Shown piece by piece: positions 8,686-19,697 of a DNA stretch of 64,000 nt. Below the pieces are notes generated by a model. It made no database searches, was not told where the DNA came from, and saw only the letters and a program-made list of their open reading frames with translations. Every line of letters begins with the position of its first letter. The stretch's first letter is position 1. Position numbers and translations under genes: made by a program. The stretch comes from Thermoanaerobaculia bacterium (GTDB taxonomy: Bacteria; Acidobacteriota; Thermoanaerobaculia; UBA5066): contig CAWFJJ010000029.1 of the NCBI GenBank assembly GCA_963816185.1, forward strand, positions 384,001-448,000, read 5' to 3'.

Positions 8686-10242
8686 ATGCCGAAGAGCCGT
8701 CACGGTCCGCCCGGCGATCTGCGCGAGCTCCCGGCCCTCCTGGAGCTCTCGCAGATGCTGGGGTCGGCGCGGGGCTTCCGGGCGGCCCTGGACGGCGCGC
8801 TCGCCATCCTGCGCGAGAGCTACGGCGGAAGCGTCGTCACCGCCGCGCTCGTCGACGAGGCGACTGGCGAGCTGAAGCTCGAAACCTCTGCCGGCCTTCC
8901 CGCCGGGCGTCGGCCTTCGCCCAAGCTGCGTTCGGGCGAGGGAGTCACGGGGCGCGTCGTCGCGAGCGGGAAGGCGATCGTCGTTCCGCAGGTGACGCGC
9001 GAGCCGCTTCTCAAGACGCCGAACGAGGTCCTCCCGATCTCGGCCACGGCGCGGCACGAGCTGAGCTTCGTATCCGTCCCCCTCGTCGTCGAGGGCCGCA
9101 CGGTCGGCGCCCTCGGGCTGGCGCTCGGGTACGACCCGGCGCGCGACTTCGCCCGGACCACGTCGTTCCTGAAGGTCGTGGCCTCTCTCCTCGGGCAAGC
9201 GATGCACGTGGACCGGCTGATCGAAGGGGAGCGCGAGCGCCTTCTCGACGAGAACCTCAAGCTCAAGCGCGAGCTGAAGGGCCGCTACGACCTGAAGAAC
9301 ATCGTCGGCCACAGCCGGCCCATGGAGGAGCTCTACGAGCAGGTCGCGCAGGCCGCCCCGGGCGACACAACCGTCCTCATCCGCGGAGAGTCGGGAACCG
9401 GCAAGGAGCTCGTGGCACACGCTCTCCACTACAACTCGCCGCGTGCGGGCAAACCATTCGTGAGGGTGAGCTGTGCCGCTCTTCCCGAGAGCCTGATCGA
9501 GTCCGAGCTCTTCGGCTACGAGCCGGGCGCCTTCACGGACGCGCGGACGCAGAAGAAAGGGCGCTTTGAGATCGCGGACAAGGGGACGCTCTTCCTGGAC
9601 GAGGTGGGGGACCTTTCCGTCGCGACCCAGGTGAAGCTCCTGCGCGTCCTGCAGGAGCGGGAGTTCGAAAGGCTCGGCGGCACGCACCCGGTTTCGGTCG
9701 ACATCCGCCTCGTGACGGCCACGAACCGGGACCTCGAAGCTGCGATGGCGAAGGGCAAATTCCGCGAGGACCTCTTCTACCGCCTGAACGTGTTCACGAT
9801 CTTCCTGCCGCCTTTGCGCGACCGGCGCCCCGACATCCCGCTCCTCGCGGACCACTTCGTCGAGAAATACGCGACGCGGCACCGCAAGGACGTGAGGCGC
9901 ATCTCGACGCCGGCGATCGACGTCCTCATGAGCTATCACTGGCCGGGGAACGTCCGCGAGCTGGAGAACTGCATCGAGCGGGCCGTCCTCGTGTGTGACG
10001 GCGGCGTCCTCCACGCCCACCACCTCCCTCCGACGCTGCAGACCGCCGAGGTGTCGGGGACGCTGCCGCGCCAGTCGCTCGGAGCCGCGGTCGAAGCCTA
10101 CGAGAAGGACCTGCTCCTCGACAGCCTGAAGATCGCGCGGGGAAACCGGGCGAAAGCGGCGCGCCTGCTCCAGACGACCGAACGCATCTTCGGGTACCGC
10201 CTCAAGCGTTACGGGATCGACGCGGCCCGCTTCCGGCCCTGA
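8686..10242 (+). CDS. NifA-like GAF-AAA+-Fis HTH sigma54-dependent activator
   Basis: GEGVTGRV GAF domain, GESGTGKE, ESELFG, GAFTDA, LFLDEVG, WPGNVRELEN, C-terminal HTH. Confidence 0.92.
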   Translation: MPKSRHGPPGDLRELPALLELSQMLGSARGFRAALDGALAILRESYGGSVVTAALVDEATGELKLETSAGLPAGRRPSPKLRSGEGVTGRVVASGKAIVVPQVTREPLLKTPNEVLPISATARHELSFVSVPLVVEGRTVGALGLALGYDPARDFARTTSFLKVVASLLGQAMHVDRLIEGERERLLDENLKLKRELKGRYDLKNIVGHSRPMEELYEQVAQAAPGDTTVLIRGESGTGKELVAHALHYNSPRAGKPFVRVSCAALPESLIESELFGYEPGAFTDARTQKKGRFEIADKGTLFLDEVGDLSVATQVKLLRVLQEREFERLGGTHPVSVDIRLVTATNRDLEAAMAKGKFREDLFYRLNVFTIFLPPLRDRRPDIPLLADHFVEKYATRHRKDVRRISTPAIDVLMSYHWPGNVRELENCIERAVLVCDGGVLHAHHLPPTLQTAEVSGTLPRQSLGAAVEAYEKDLLLDSLKIARGNRAKAARLLQTTERIFGYRLKRYGIDAARFRP

Positions 10243-10243
10243 G

Positions 10244-11917
10244 TTACGCGATCTTCCGGTAGAAGTCGTTTCCCTTGTCGTCCACGAGGATGAACGCGGG
10301 GAAGTCGACGACGTCGATCGCCCACACCGCTTCCATCCCGAGCTCGGGGAACTCGAGGACGTCGACCTTCTTGATGTGCTCCTCGGCGAGGAGCGCGGCC
10401 GGGCCGCCCGGCGAGCCGAGGTAGAAGCCTCCGTATCTCTGACACGCCTCGGTCACTTTCGGGCTGCGGTTCCCCTTCGCGATCATGACCATCGAGCCGC
10501 CCTTCGACTGGAAGAGATCGACGTACGAGTCCATGCGGCCGGCGGTCGTGGGTCCGAAGGACCCCGAGGCCTTGCCCTTCGGCTTCTTCGCGGGGCCGGC
10601 GTAGTAGACCGGATGGTCCTTGAAGTATTGCGGCAGGTCGGCGCCGGAGTCGAGGCGCTGCTTGAGCTTCGCGTGCGCGATGTCGCGCGCGACGACGAGG
10701 CGCCCCGTGAGCGCGAGCGGCGTCGAGACGGGATGCTTCGACAGCTCCGCCAGGATCTCCTTCATCGGCTTGTCGAGGTCGATCTTCACGATCCCCGTGT
10801 GCTCCTTCGCGCCCGTCTGGACGGGAAGAAGAACCTCGGGATGGCGCTCGAGCTCCTCGAGCCAGAGCCCCTTCGCGTCGATCTTCGCGAGGACGTTCCG
10901 GTCGGCGGAGCACGAGACGCCCATGCCCACCGGGCAGGAGGCGCCATGCCGTGGCAGGCGGACGACGCGGATGTCGTGAGCGAAGTACTTGCCGCCGAAC
11001 TGCGCGCCGAAGCCGAGCTTCTGCGCCCGTTCGAGGAGCCTCTTCTCCAGCTCCGGATCGCGGAACGCGCGGCCGGTTCTGTCGCCTGAAGTCGGAAGCG
11101 AATCGTAGTAGCCGGTCGAGGCGAGCTTCACCGTCTTCAGGCAGGCCTCCGCGGACGTGCCGCCGACGACGAACGCGATGTGGTACGGCGGGCAGGCCGC
11201 CGTCCCGAGGCTCTTCATCTTCTCGACGAGGAACGCCTCGAGGCTCGCCGGGTTGAGGAGGGCCTTCGTCTCCTGGAAAAGGGTGCTCTTGTTCGCCGAG
11301 CCGCCTCCCTTCGCGACGAAGAGAAACTTGTACTCGGCGCCCTTCGTCGCGAAAATGTCGATTTGCGCGGGAAGGTTGTTTCCCGTGTTGACCTCGTCGT
11401 ACATCGTGAGCGCGGCCGTCTGCGAGTATCGGAGGTTCTCGCCGGTGTACGTCTGAAAGACGCCCTTCGAGAGGAACGCGGCATCGTCGGCGCCCGTCCA
11501 GACCTGCTGGCCTTTCCACGCGACGATCGTCGCCGTGCCCGTGTCCTGGCAGAAAGGCAGCTCGAACCGCGAGGAAACGACGGCGTTCCGGAGGAGGGCC
11601 GTCGCCATGAAGCGGTCGTTCGGGGAGGCCTCGGGGTCCTTCAGGATGCATGCGACCTGCTGCTGATGCTTCGGCCGGAGGAGGAACGACACGTCGCGCA
11701 TCGCCTCGTGCGCGAGGATCGTGAGGGCCTTCGGGTCCACGATGAGAACGGGCTTGCCGGCGAACTTCGCCTTCTTCACGAGTCCCTTCGTAGGCGAGAC
11801 GAGACGGTACTTCGTCGCGTCCTCGCCCTTCGGAAACGGGTTCGAGTAGACGAAGCCGTCCCTGGCGGAAGCTCTCTTCGGGCTCTGTTTTTTCGCGGAC
11901 TGTCTCTTTGCCGGCAT
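10244..11917 (-). CDS. fumA: Class I (Fe-S) fumarate hydratase
   Basis: [47 protein letters not shown]. Confidence 0.95.
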   Translation of the reverse strand: MPAKRQSAKKQSPKRASARDGFVYSNPFPKGEDATKYRLVSPTKGLVKKAKFAGKPVLIVDPKALTILAHEAMRDVSFLLRPKHQQQVACILKDPEASPNDRFMATALLRNAVVSSRFELPFCQDTGTATIVAWKGQQVWTGADDAAFLSKGVFQTYTGENLRYSQTAALTMYDEVNTGNNLPAQIDIFATKGAEYKFLFVAKGGGSANKSTLFQETKALLNPASLEAFLVEKMKSLGTAACPPYHIAFVVGGTSAEACLKTVKLASTGYYDSLPTSGDRTGRAFRDPELEKRLLERAQKLGFGAQFGGKYFAHDIRVVRLPRHGASCPVGMGVSCSADRNVLAKIDAKGLWLEELERHPEVLLPVQTGAKEHTGIVKIDLDKPMKEILAELSKHPVSTPLALTGRLVVARDIAHAKLKQRLDSGADLPQYFKDHPVYYAGPAKKPKGKASGSFGPTTAGRMDSYVDLFQSKGGSMVMIAKGNRSPKVTEACQRYGGFYLGSPGGPAALLAEEHIKKVDVLEFPELGMEAVWAIDVVDFPAFILVDDKGNDFYRKIA

Positions 11918-12073
11918 GGGAGTCTCCTCCAGCGTGGAAGTTATCTGACGCCGAAGAGGTCGGCTCTGATGCGGATGAACCAGCCGGAGCACGCTCCCCG
12001 GCGCCGTCACGCCTCGGGGAACCTATTCCTCGGGTCTCGCTACGAGCCGAACCACCCGTGGAAGAATGACCGA

Positions 12074-14692
12074 ATGCGGGACATCGCTCCGCTCGCGGAC
12101 CGGATCCCGCCCCGAGGGACGACCGACGCCGAGGAGATCCTCGGCCTCTTCCTCGACTGGGTCTCGGCCAGCGGCCTTACCCTCTATCCGGCCCAGGAAG
12201 AGGCGCTCCTCGAGCTCATGGCGGGAAAGCACGTGATCCTCGGGACGCCCACGGGATCCGGCAAGTCGCTCGTCGCCCTGGGCCTGCATTTCAAGGCCGC
12301 GTGCGAGGGGCGCGTGTCCTTCTACACGAGCCCGATCAAGGCCCTCGCGAGCGAGAAGTTCTTCTCGCTCTGCGCGGAGCTCGGACCCGACAACGTCGGG
12401 ATGCTCACGGGGGACGCGAGCATCAACGCGCAGGCGAGCGTTCTCTGCTGCACGGCGGAGGTGCTCTCGAACATGGCGCTCCGCCTCGGCGCGAACCTCG
12501 CGGCGCCCTACGTCGTGATGGACGAGTTCCACTACTACGCGGACAAGGAGCGCGGCGTGGCCTGGCAGGTGCCGCTCCTCGTCCTGCCCGACACCCAGTT
12601 CCTCCTCATGTCGGCGACGCTGGGCGACACGCGTGCGATCGCGGAACGCCTGAAGAGCGACACGGGCCGCGACGTCGCGCACGTCACGTCCGAGGACAGG
12701 CCGGTGCCGCTCGACTACGAATACCGCGAGACCCCGCTTCACGAGACGATCGAAGACCTGCTTGCGCAGAAGAAGAGCCCCGTCTACGTCGTGAACTTCA
12801 CCCAGCGCGAGTGCGCGGAGCTCGCGCAGTCGCTGACGAGCGTGAAGATCGGGAGCCGCGAAGAGCGGGAGGAGATCCGGAAGATCGTGAGCGGGAGGCG
12901 CCTCGCGACGCCCTACGGCAAGGAGTTCCGGAGATTCCTCTCGTTCGGGGTCGGCGTTCACCACGCCGGCCTCCTTCCCAAATACCGTCTCCTCGTCGAG
13001 CAGCTCGCGCAGAAGGGGCTTCTGCACGTCATCTGCGGAACCGACACGCTCGGCGTCGGCGTCAACATCCCGATCCGGACGGTCCTCTTCACGAAGCTCG
13101 CGAAGTTCGACGGGACGAAGGTGGGCCTTCTCTCGGTCCGCGAGTTCAAGCAGATCTCGGGGCGCGCGGGCCGGCGCGGGTTCGACGATCGCGGGAGCGT
13201 GGTCGCCCAGGCGCCCGAGCACATCGTCGAGAAGCGGCAGGCGGAGAGAAAGTCCGAAAGCTCTGGGAAGAAGAGCTCGCGGACATTCAAGGGCCCGCCC
13301 AAAGGCGAGGTCTCGTGGTCGCTCGAGACGTTCCAGAAGCTCATCTCGAGGCCTCCGGAGACACTGACGTCGCGGTTCCGGCTGACGCACGGAATGGTCC
13401 TGGATCTCCTCCAGCGCGACGCGGGGAATATGGAGCCGGGTTCGCGGAACTTCTCGTCGATCCGCGATCTGATCGCGCGCTGCCACGAAGTCGAAGGAAC
13501 CAAGCGTCGTCTCGTCAGCCACGCGGCCGGCCTGGTCCGTTCGCTCTACCGGGCGGGAATCATCGGACTCAAGGGCGAGGGGCCGTATCGGGTCGTCGTG
13601 GCGGAGGGTCTGCAATGGGACTTCTCTCTCCACCAGGCCCTGTCGCTCTTCGCGCTTTCGGCTCTCGCGGAGCTGGATCCCGCGTCCCCGACGTACGCCG
13701 TGGACGTCGTCACCGTCGTCGAGTCGATCCTGGAGGATCCCGACGTGGTCCTGAGAAGGCAGGTGGACCGGGCGAAGGGCAGGCTCGTCGCGGAGCTCAA
13801 GGCGGAGGGGGTTCCCTACGAGGAGCGAATGGTGCGCCTCGAAGAGGTGACCCACCCGAAGCCGCTCGCGGACTTTCTCTATGGCGCCTTCAACGAGTTC
13901 CGCGCCGAGCACCCCTGGGCGTCGGCCTCGGACGTGAGTCCGAAGTCGATCGGACGCGAGATGTTCGAGACGTTCGCCGGCTTTGCGGATTACGTGAAGG
14001 GCTACGGCCTGGAGAGAAGCGAGGGCGTTCTCCTGCGGTACCTCTCGCAGCTCTTCAAGACGCTCGACCAGACGATCCCGGAGGCCGCGAAGACCGACGA
14101 GCTCTGGGACGCGCTCGGCTACTTTCGTTCGCTCGTCGGAGAGACGGACGCGAGCCTCCTGGAAGAGTGGGAGAGCCTTCGCCATCCCGAGCTCCTGCTC
14201 GCGGAAAAGACGGCGGAGGCGCAGCCCGAGCGCAGGAAAGAAGCCTCGTGGCTCACGGAGCTCCTCTCGAACCCCAGGGTCTTCGCGGCGCGCGTGCGCG
14301 CGGAGGCGCAGCTTCTCGTGAGGGCTCTCGCGAGGAGGGACTGGGAAGAGGCGGCCGAACGCGTTCATCAACGCCCGGAGGCCGGAAATGTCGAGGGTGA
14401 GACCAGGGAAGGCAGTGAAGGCAGTGAAGGCGAAGACCGATGGGATGCCGAGCGCTTCGAGACCGCGATGGCCCCGTTCTTCGAAGAGTACGGCGAGCTC
14501 CTTTCGGGGGCCGAGGCGCGGTTACACCACCTGACGAATCTCAGATCCACGGGCCACAGGCAGTGGGAGGTCACGCAGACTCTCGTCGATCCGAAAGGCG
14601 ATCACACGTGGGCGATCTTTGCCGGCATCGACCTTAGGGACGGGAGCGCGCCCGACGGTCCGATCCTCAGGATCAGGCGAATCGGTGCGTGA
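12074..14692 (+). CDS. DEAD/DEAH-box (Ski2-like) helicase with DUF3516-type C-terminus
   Basis: PTGSGKS, PIKAL, DEFH, MSAT, GVHHAGLLP, TDTLGVGVNIP, QISGRAGRRG. Confidence 0.9.
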   Translation: MRDIAPLADRIPPRGTTDAEEILGLFLDWVSASGLTLYPAQEEALLELMAGKHVILGTPTGSGKSLVALGLHFKAACEGRVSFYTSPIKALASEKFFSLCAELGPDNVGMLTGDASINAQASVLCCTAEVLSNMALRLGANLAAPYVVMDEFHYYADKERGVAWQVPLLVLPDTQFLLMSATLGDTRAIAERLKSDTGRDVAHVTSEDRPVPLDYEYRETPLHETIEDLLAQKKSPVYVVNFTQRECAELAQSLTSVKIGSREEREEIRKIVSGRRLATPYGKEFRRFLSFGVGVHHAGLLPKYRLLVEQLAQKGLLHVICGTDTLGVGVNIPIRTVLFTKLAKFDGTKVGLLSVREFKQISGRAGRRGFDDRGSVVAQAPEHIVEKRQAERKSESSGKKSSRTFKGPPKGEVSWSLETFQKLISRPPETLTSRFRLTHGMVLDLLQRDAGNMEPGSRNFSSIRDLIARCHEVEGTKRRLVSHAAGLVRSLYRAGIIGLKGEGPYRVVVAEGLQWDFSLHQALSLFALSALAELDPASPTYAVDVVTVVESILEDPDVVLRRQVDRAKGRLVAELKAEGVPYEERMVRLEEVTHPKPLADFLYGAFNEFRAEHPWASASDVSPKSIGREMFETFAGFADYVKGYGLERSEGVLLRYLSQLFKTLDQTIPEAAKTDELWDALGYFRSLVGETDASLLEEWESLRHPELLLAEKTAEAQPERRKEASWLTELLSNPRVFAARVRAEAQLLVRALARRDWEEAAERVHQRPEAGNVEGETREGSEGSEGEDRWDAERFETAMAPFFEEYGELLSGAEARLHHLTNLRSTGHRQWEVTQTLVDPKGDHTWAIFAGIDLRDGSAPDGPILRIRRIGA

Positions 14693-14778
14693 TCTTACGT
14701 CGCCATGATGCCGCGGTGCACAAATGTACAAACCTCGATCGGCACGGGATGTGCTCGCATCCGACGGGAGGATCGACT

Positions 14779-15216
14779 ATGGCCACCGCGACGATGGAAA
14801 AGAAGACCGTCGAAACCGAGCTGCTGAACCTCGAGAAGAAGTATTGGCAGGCGATCAGGGAAAAAGACGTGGACACCATGCTGGGCCTGACGGAATTTCC
14901 ATGCCTCGTCGCCGGCGCCACGGGCGTCGCGCTGATCGACAGGGAGACTTTCGTGAAGATGATGAAGGACGGGACCTGCACGTTGCACGGGTTCGAGGTG
15001 AAGAACACGGAAGTGCGAGCGCTGAAGGACGACGTCGTATGCGTGGGCTACGAGGTCCACGAGGACATGACCGTCGACGGCAAGAGGGTGAGCATGGAAG
15101 CGACCGACTCGTCCGTCTGGGTGCGCCGCGACGGCCGCTGGCTCTGCACGATGCACACCGAAACGCTCAAGGGCGACCCTTTCGGGAGGGACCGGAAGCC
15201 CGCCCCATCCCATTGA
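14779..15216 (+). CDS. NTF2-like (DUF4440) protein
   Basis: SD GGAGG; LEKKYWQAI..DSSVWVRRDGRWLC.MH.E. Confidence 0.8.
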   Translation: MATATMEKKTVETELLNLEKKYWQAIREKDVDTMLGLTEFPCLVAGATGVALIDRETFVKMMKDGTCTLHGFEVKNTEVRALKDDVVCVGYEVHEDMTVDGKRVSMEATDSSVWVRRDGRWLCTMHTETLKGDPFGRDRKPAPSH

Positions 15217-15230
15217 CGTTCCTCTGATGT

Positions 15231-15737
15231 CTACGGGCTCTTCGGGGCGGCCGTCGCCGGAGCGGTCGGCGAAGCTTCCGGGGGCTTGACGCGCGCCTGC
15301 CAGCCGTCGGGCAGGATGAGGACCACTTCTCCGGGCTTCACGAGGTTCAGCGTCTCGCGCGCGGTCTTCTCGACGGCCTTCGGGTCGCTCTTGAGCGCCG
15401 CGACCTCGGCTTCGAGCTTGCGGTTGTCCTCGTCGAGCTGCGCGACCTCGGCCTGCATGCTCGCGAGCTGGAGGCGCTGTCGCCGGACCTGAAGGAGCCC
15501 GTGCTCGTTCACGAGAAAGAATCCGAAGACGAGCGCCGAGAAAAGGAGCGAGACCAGGACGTAGGACGCCGGCCTCACGTGCGGCGCATCCGGTCGCGCG
15601 CCGGAGGCCGGCGCCGGCGTCTCGGACACGAGCTCGGGCAGCGGGCGCGGCTCTTCCCTTCGCGACGACCCGGGCAGCCGCCTCACGCCCACGATCCGGG
15701 GAGGACCCTCACCGCCGACGATTCGCTCGAAGCGCAC
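15231..15737 (-). CDS. ftsB: Septum formation initiator FtsB/DivIC
   Basis: TM segment, coiled coil and EKTARETLNLVKPGE. Directly downstream of eno (conserved synteny). Confidence 0.85.
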   Translation of the reverse strand: MRFERIVGGEGPPRIVGVRRLPGSSRREEPRPLPELVSETPAPASGARPDAPHVRPASYVLVSLLFSALVFGFFLVNEHGLLQVRRQRLQLASMQAEVAQLDEDNRKLEAEVAALKSDPKAVEKTARETLNLVKPGEVVLILPDGWQARVKPPEASPTAPATAAPKSP

Positions 15738-15768
15738 GGGGCATTTTCGCGCGAAACGTGCGTGCGCG

Positions 15769-17189
<1,421 letters not shown>

Positions 17190-17198
17190 GTATCCCTC

Positions 17199-18599
17199 TT
17201 ACCCTCTAAGAACATATTCCTTCGCCGCCTCCAGGAGCCGATCCGTCTCGCCTTTGTCCGCAGATTCCGCATAAATCCGCACGACCGGCTCCGTGCCCGA
17301 CGGCCGGAAGAGGATCCAGCGGCCGTCGCCCAGCAGGAGCTTCTGCCCGTCGGTCCGATCGATCGACTGCACCTTCTGCCCCGCGAACGTCTCTGGATTC
17401 TCCGCGAGTCGCTCCTTCAGCGCGGCGGCGAGGGCGGGATCGAGGCGGGCGTCCGCACGCTTCGGGTAGAACGACCCGACGCGCCGGAAGAGCTCCGCGA
17501 GGAGGGCCGAGAGCGTCTGGCCGGTCGCGCCCACGCGCTCGGCGAGGAGAAGCCCCGCGAGGAGGCCGTCTTTCTCGGGCACGTGTCCCGCCATCGTGAA
17601 GCCGGCGGACTCTTCGCCGCCGATCGTGATCGCGTCCTTGAGAAGCAGCTCGCCGATGTACTTGAAGCCGACGGGCGTCACGAAAACGGGGGCGCCGTGC
17701 GCCTTCGCGACGGCGTCGAGCCCGTGCGTGGTCGCGACAGACCGCGCGACGCCGCGGCCGTCCGCCGGCTTGCGGCGCCCCAGGAGGAGATCGGCGAGGA
17801 GCATGAGGCAGTGGTTCGGGTCGACGTACCGCCCGTCGGCGTCGAGGACGCCGAAGCGGTCCGCGTCCCCGTCCGTCGCGAGGCCGAGATGGTGTTTCCC
17901 AGCGACGACGACCTGCGCGAGCGCGGCGAGGTTCTTCTCGTCGCACTGCGGCGAGAGGCCGCCGAAATAGGGATCGCGATGCCCGTTGATGAGCTCGACG
18001 TCCACGCCCGCGTCCCGGAGAAAGGCGTCGAGGTACCCGCGCGACGTTCCGAAGCGGGGGTCTATGGCCACGCGGAGGTTCGCCTTCCTGAGCGTTGCCG
18101 TGTCGACGAAATTCGCGAGCCGTTCGAGATAGGGGCCGCGCGGGTCGATCGCATCCGCCGAAGCCGGAGGCGCAGGCTCCGCATCGGCCTCCGAAGTCTT
18201 TGCGATCTCGGCCTCGATGTGCGCCGTGACGTCGGGCAGCGCGGGCGCGCCGTCGGCCGTCGAGAACTTGATCCCGTTGAACTCGGGCGGATTGTGCGAG
18301 GCGGTGAAGTTCACGCCGCCCGCGGCGCCGAGGCGCCGGATCGTGAATGCGACCGCCGGCGTCGGCACGTCGCGGTCGGCGCGGAGGGGACGGACCCCTT
18401 CGCGGACGAGGACGCGGAACGCCTCGTCCACGAATCGTTCGTTCAGAAACCGCGTGTCCGACGCGAGGACGAGGGCCGGAGAGACGCCGCCCGACGCCAC
18501 CGTGACACGTGCGATCGCCGTGACGACGCGACGCGCGTTCGGGAACGTGAACTCTTCCCCGAGAACGGCGCGCCAGCCAGAAGTGCCGAAACGGATCAT
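17199..18599 (-). CDS. Phosphoglucomutase/phosphomannomutase
   Basis: MIRFGTSGWR, TASHNP, DGDADR, GGEESAG, RPSGTEP. Confidence 0.95.
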   Translation of the reverse strand: MIRFGTSGWRAVLGEEFTFPNARRVVTAIARVTVASGGVSPALVLASDTRFLNERFVDEAFRVLVREGVRPLRADRDVPTPAVAFTIRRLGAAGGVNFTASHNPPEFNGIKFSTADGAPALPDVTAHIEAEIAKTSEADAEPAPPASADAIDPRGPYLERLANFVDTATLRKANLRVAIDPRFGTSRGYLDAFLRDAGVDVELINGHRDPYFGGLSPQCDEKNLAALAQVVVAGKHHLGLATDGDADRFGVLDADGRYVDPNHCLMLLADLLLGRRKPADGRGVARSVATTHGLDAVAKAHGAPVFVTPVGFKYIGELLLKDAITIGGEESAGFTMAGHVPEKDGLLAGLLLAERVGATGQTLSALLAELFRRVGSFYPKRADARLDPALAAALKERLAENPETFAGQKVQSIDRTDGQKLLLGDGRWILFRPSGTEPVVRIYAESADKGETDRLLEAAKEYVLRG

Positions 18600-18618
18600 C
18601 AGGCCGTAGGATTCTACG

Positions 18619-19588
18619 GTGCCCAGGTCTTCCGTCCCGAAGGGAACTCTCCCGTGGGCCGTGGCCCTGCTCGCCGTGGCATGCGCGTCGGCGCCGCACT
18701 TCCGCCACAAGGAGCCTGTCGTCATGGTGCGCCGCGGAGCGGACCGCGCGGCGCCGCCCTACGCGGAGCGTTTTCCGGAGGCCAAGGCCCGCCTTCTCGC
18801 GCGCCTGAACGAAGAGCGGCGAGCCGCCGGCGCGCCGCCCGTCGCGTACGATCTCCTCGCCGCTCGCGTCGGCGACGCCTTCTGTCTCGACACGGCCCGG
18901 ACGCGTTCGTCCGGACACTGGGACACCGCCGGCCGGCCGCCCTATCTCCGCTGGGGCCTCGCGGGCGGCGTGGACTATCAAGGGGAGAACTTCGGCTCGC
19001 TCACGCGCACGGGCGCGAACGTAGAGGAGGCCGAGGTGCCCGCTGCTCCTCCTCGACGCGCACGCGCGGATGATGGCCGAGCGCCCGCCTGACGATGGCC
19101 ACCGCCGGACGGTTCTCGACCCCGAATGGACGCACGTGGGCTTCGGTGCCGCCGTTTTCGGCGGCGAGTTCCGCATGGCGGAGGAGTTCAGCCGGCACGT
19201 CGTCGAATGGGTCGAGGTACCGGCGGCGCCCCTTCCCGCCGGGGCGCGCGCACCGTTCGCGGTGAAGCTGCCCCCGGGATGGACGCTCGCCTCGATCCAG
19301 GTGGGATTCGAGCCGCCGGCCGGACCGATGTCCCGCCAGGAGATCGCCCGACGCGGGGCGTATTCGTATCCTGACGCGTCGCAGAGCCTTCTCGCCCGCG
19401 CGCCCCCGAACACCCAGTACCCCGACGGCTCTCGCGGCGAGATCGATCTCGTGCGGGGCGTGGCGCGGGCCGACATCCCGCTCCTGTCGGGCGCGGGCAA
19501 CTACTACGTCTTCGTCTACGCGGCCAGGGGATCGGTCGTGGGGCGCATGCTCTCGCCTCTCACGTCGGCGCTGATACAGGCCAGGTGA
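18619..19588 (+). pseudogene. CAP/SCP-domain lipoprotein with one frameshift near 19040 (or sequencing error)
   Basis: LAVAC lipobox, RLNEERRAAG..GHW..GEN in one frame. LLLDAHARMMAE..GHRRTVLDPEWTHVGFG continues in the shifted frame. Confidence 0.7.
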
Positions 19589-19680
19589 CCCGAAGGGGGT
19601 CCGGGAACCCAAAAGGGGTCCGGGGGAAACGGGGATCACCCCGAAAGGGGTCTGGGGAAAACGAGGATCGTTTTCCCCAG
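19589..19680. repeat. Three tandem GGGGTCYGGG units ending in a 13-bp hairpin (REP-like)
   Basis: CCCGAAGGGGGTCCGGG / CCCAAAAGGGGTCCGGGGGAAACGGGGATC / CCCCGAAAGGGGTCTGGGGAAAACGAGGATCGTTTTCCCCAG. Confidence 0.6.
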
Positions 19681-19697
19681 CTAAACTCGATTCCGAA

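Noticed and set aside
14408-14431. GAAGGCAGT tandem repeat in the helicase
   Set aside because: In-frame 9-bp microrepeat (EGSEGSEG) in a linker; cannot cause phase variation.
19589-19680. CRISPR array
   Set aside because: Units are unequal, have no unique spacers and no cas genes are present; no CRISPR array was seen anywhere in the window.
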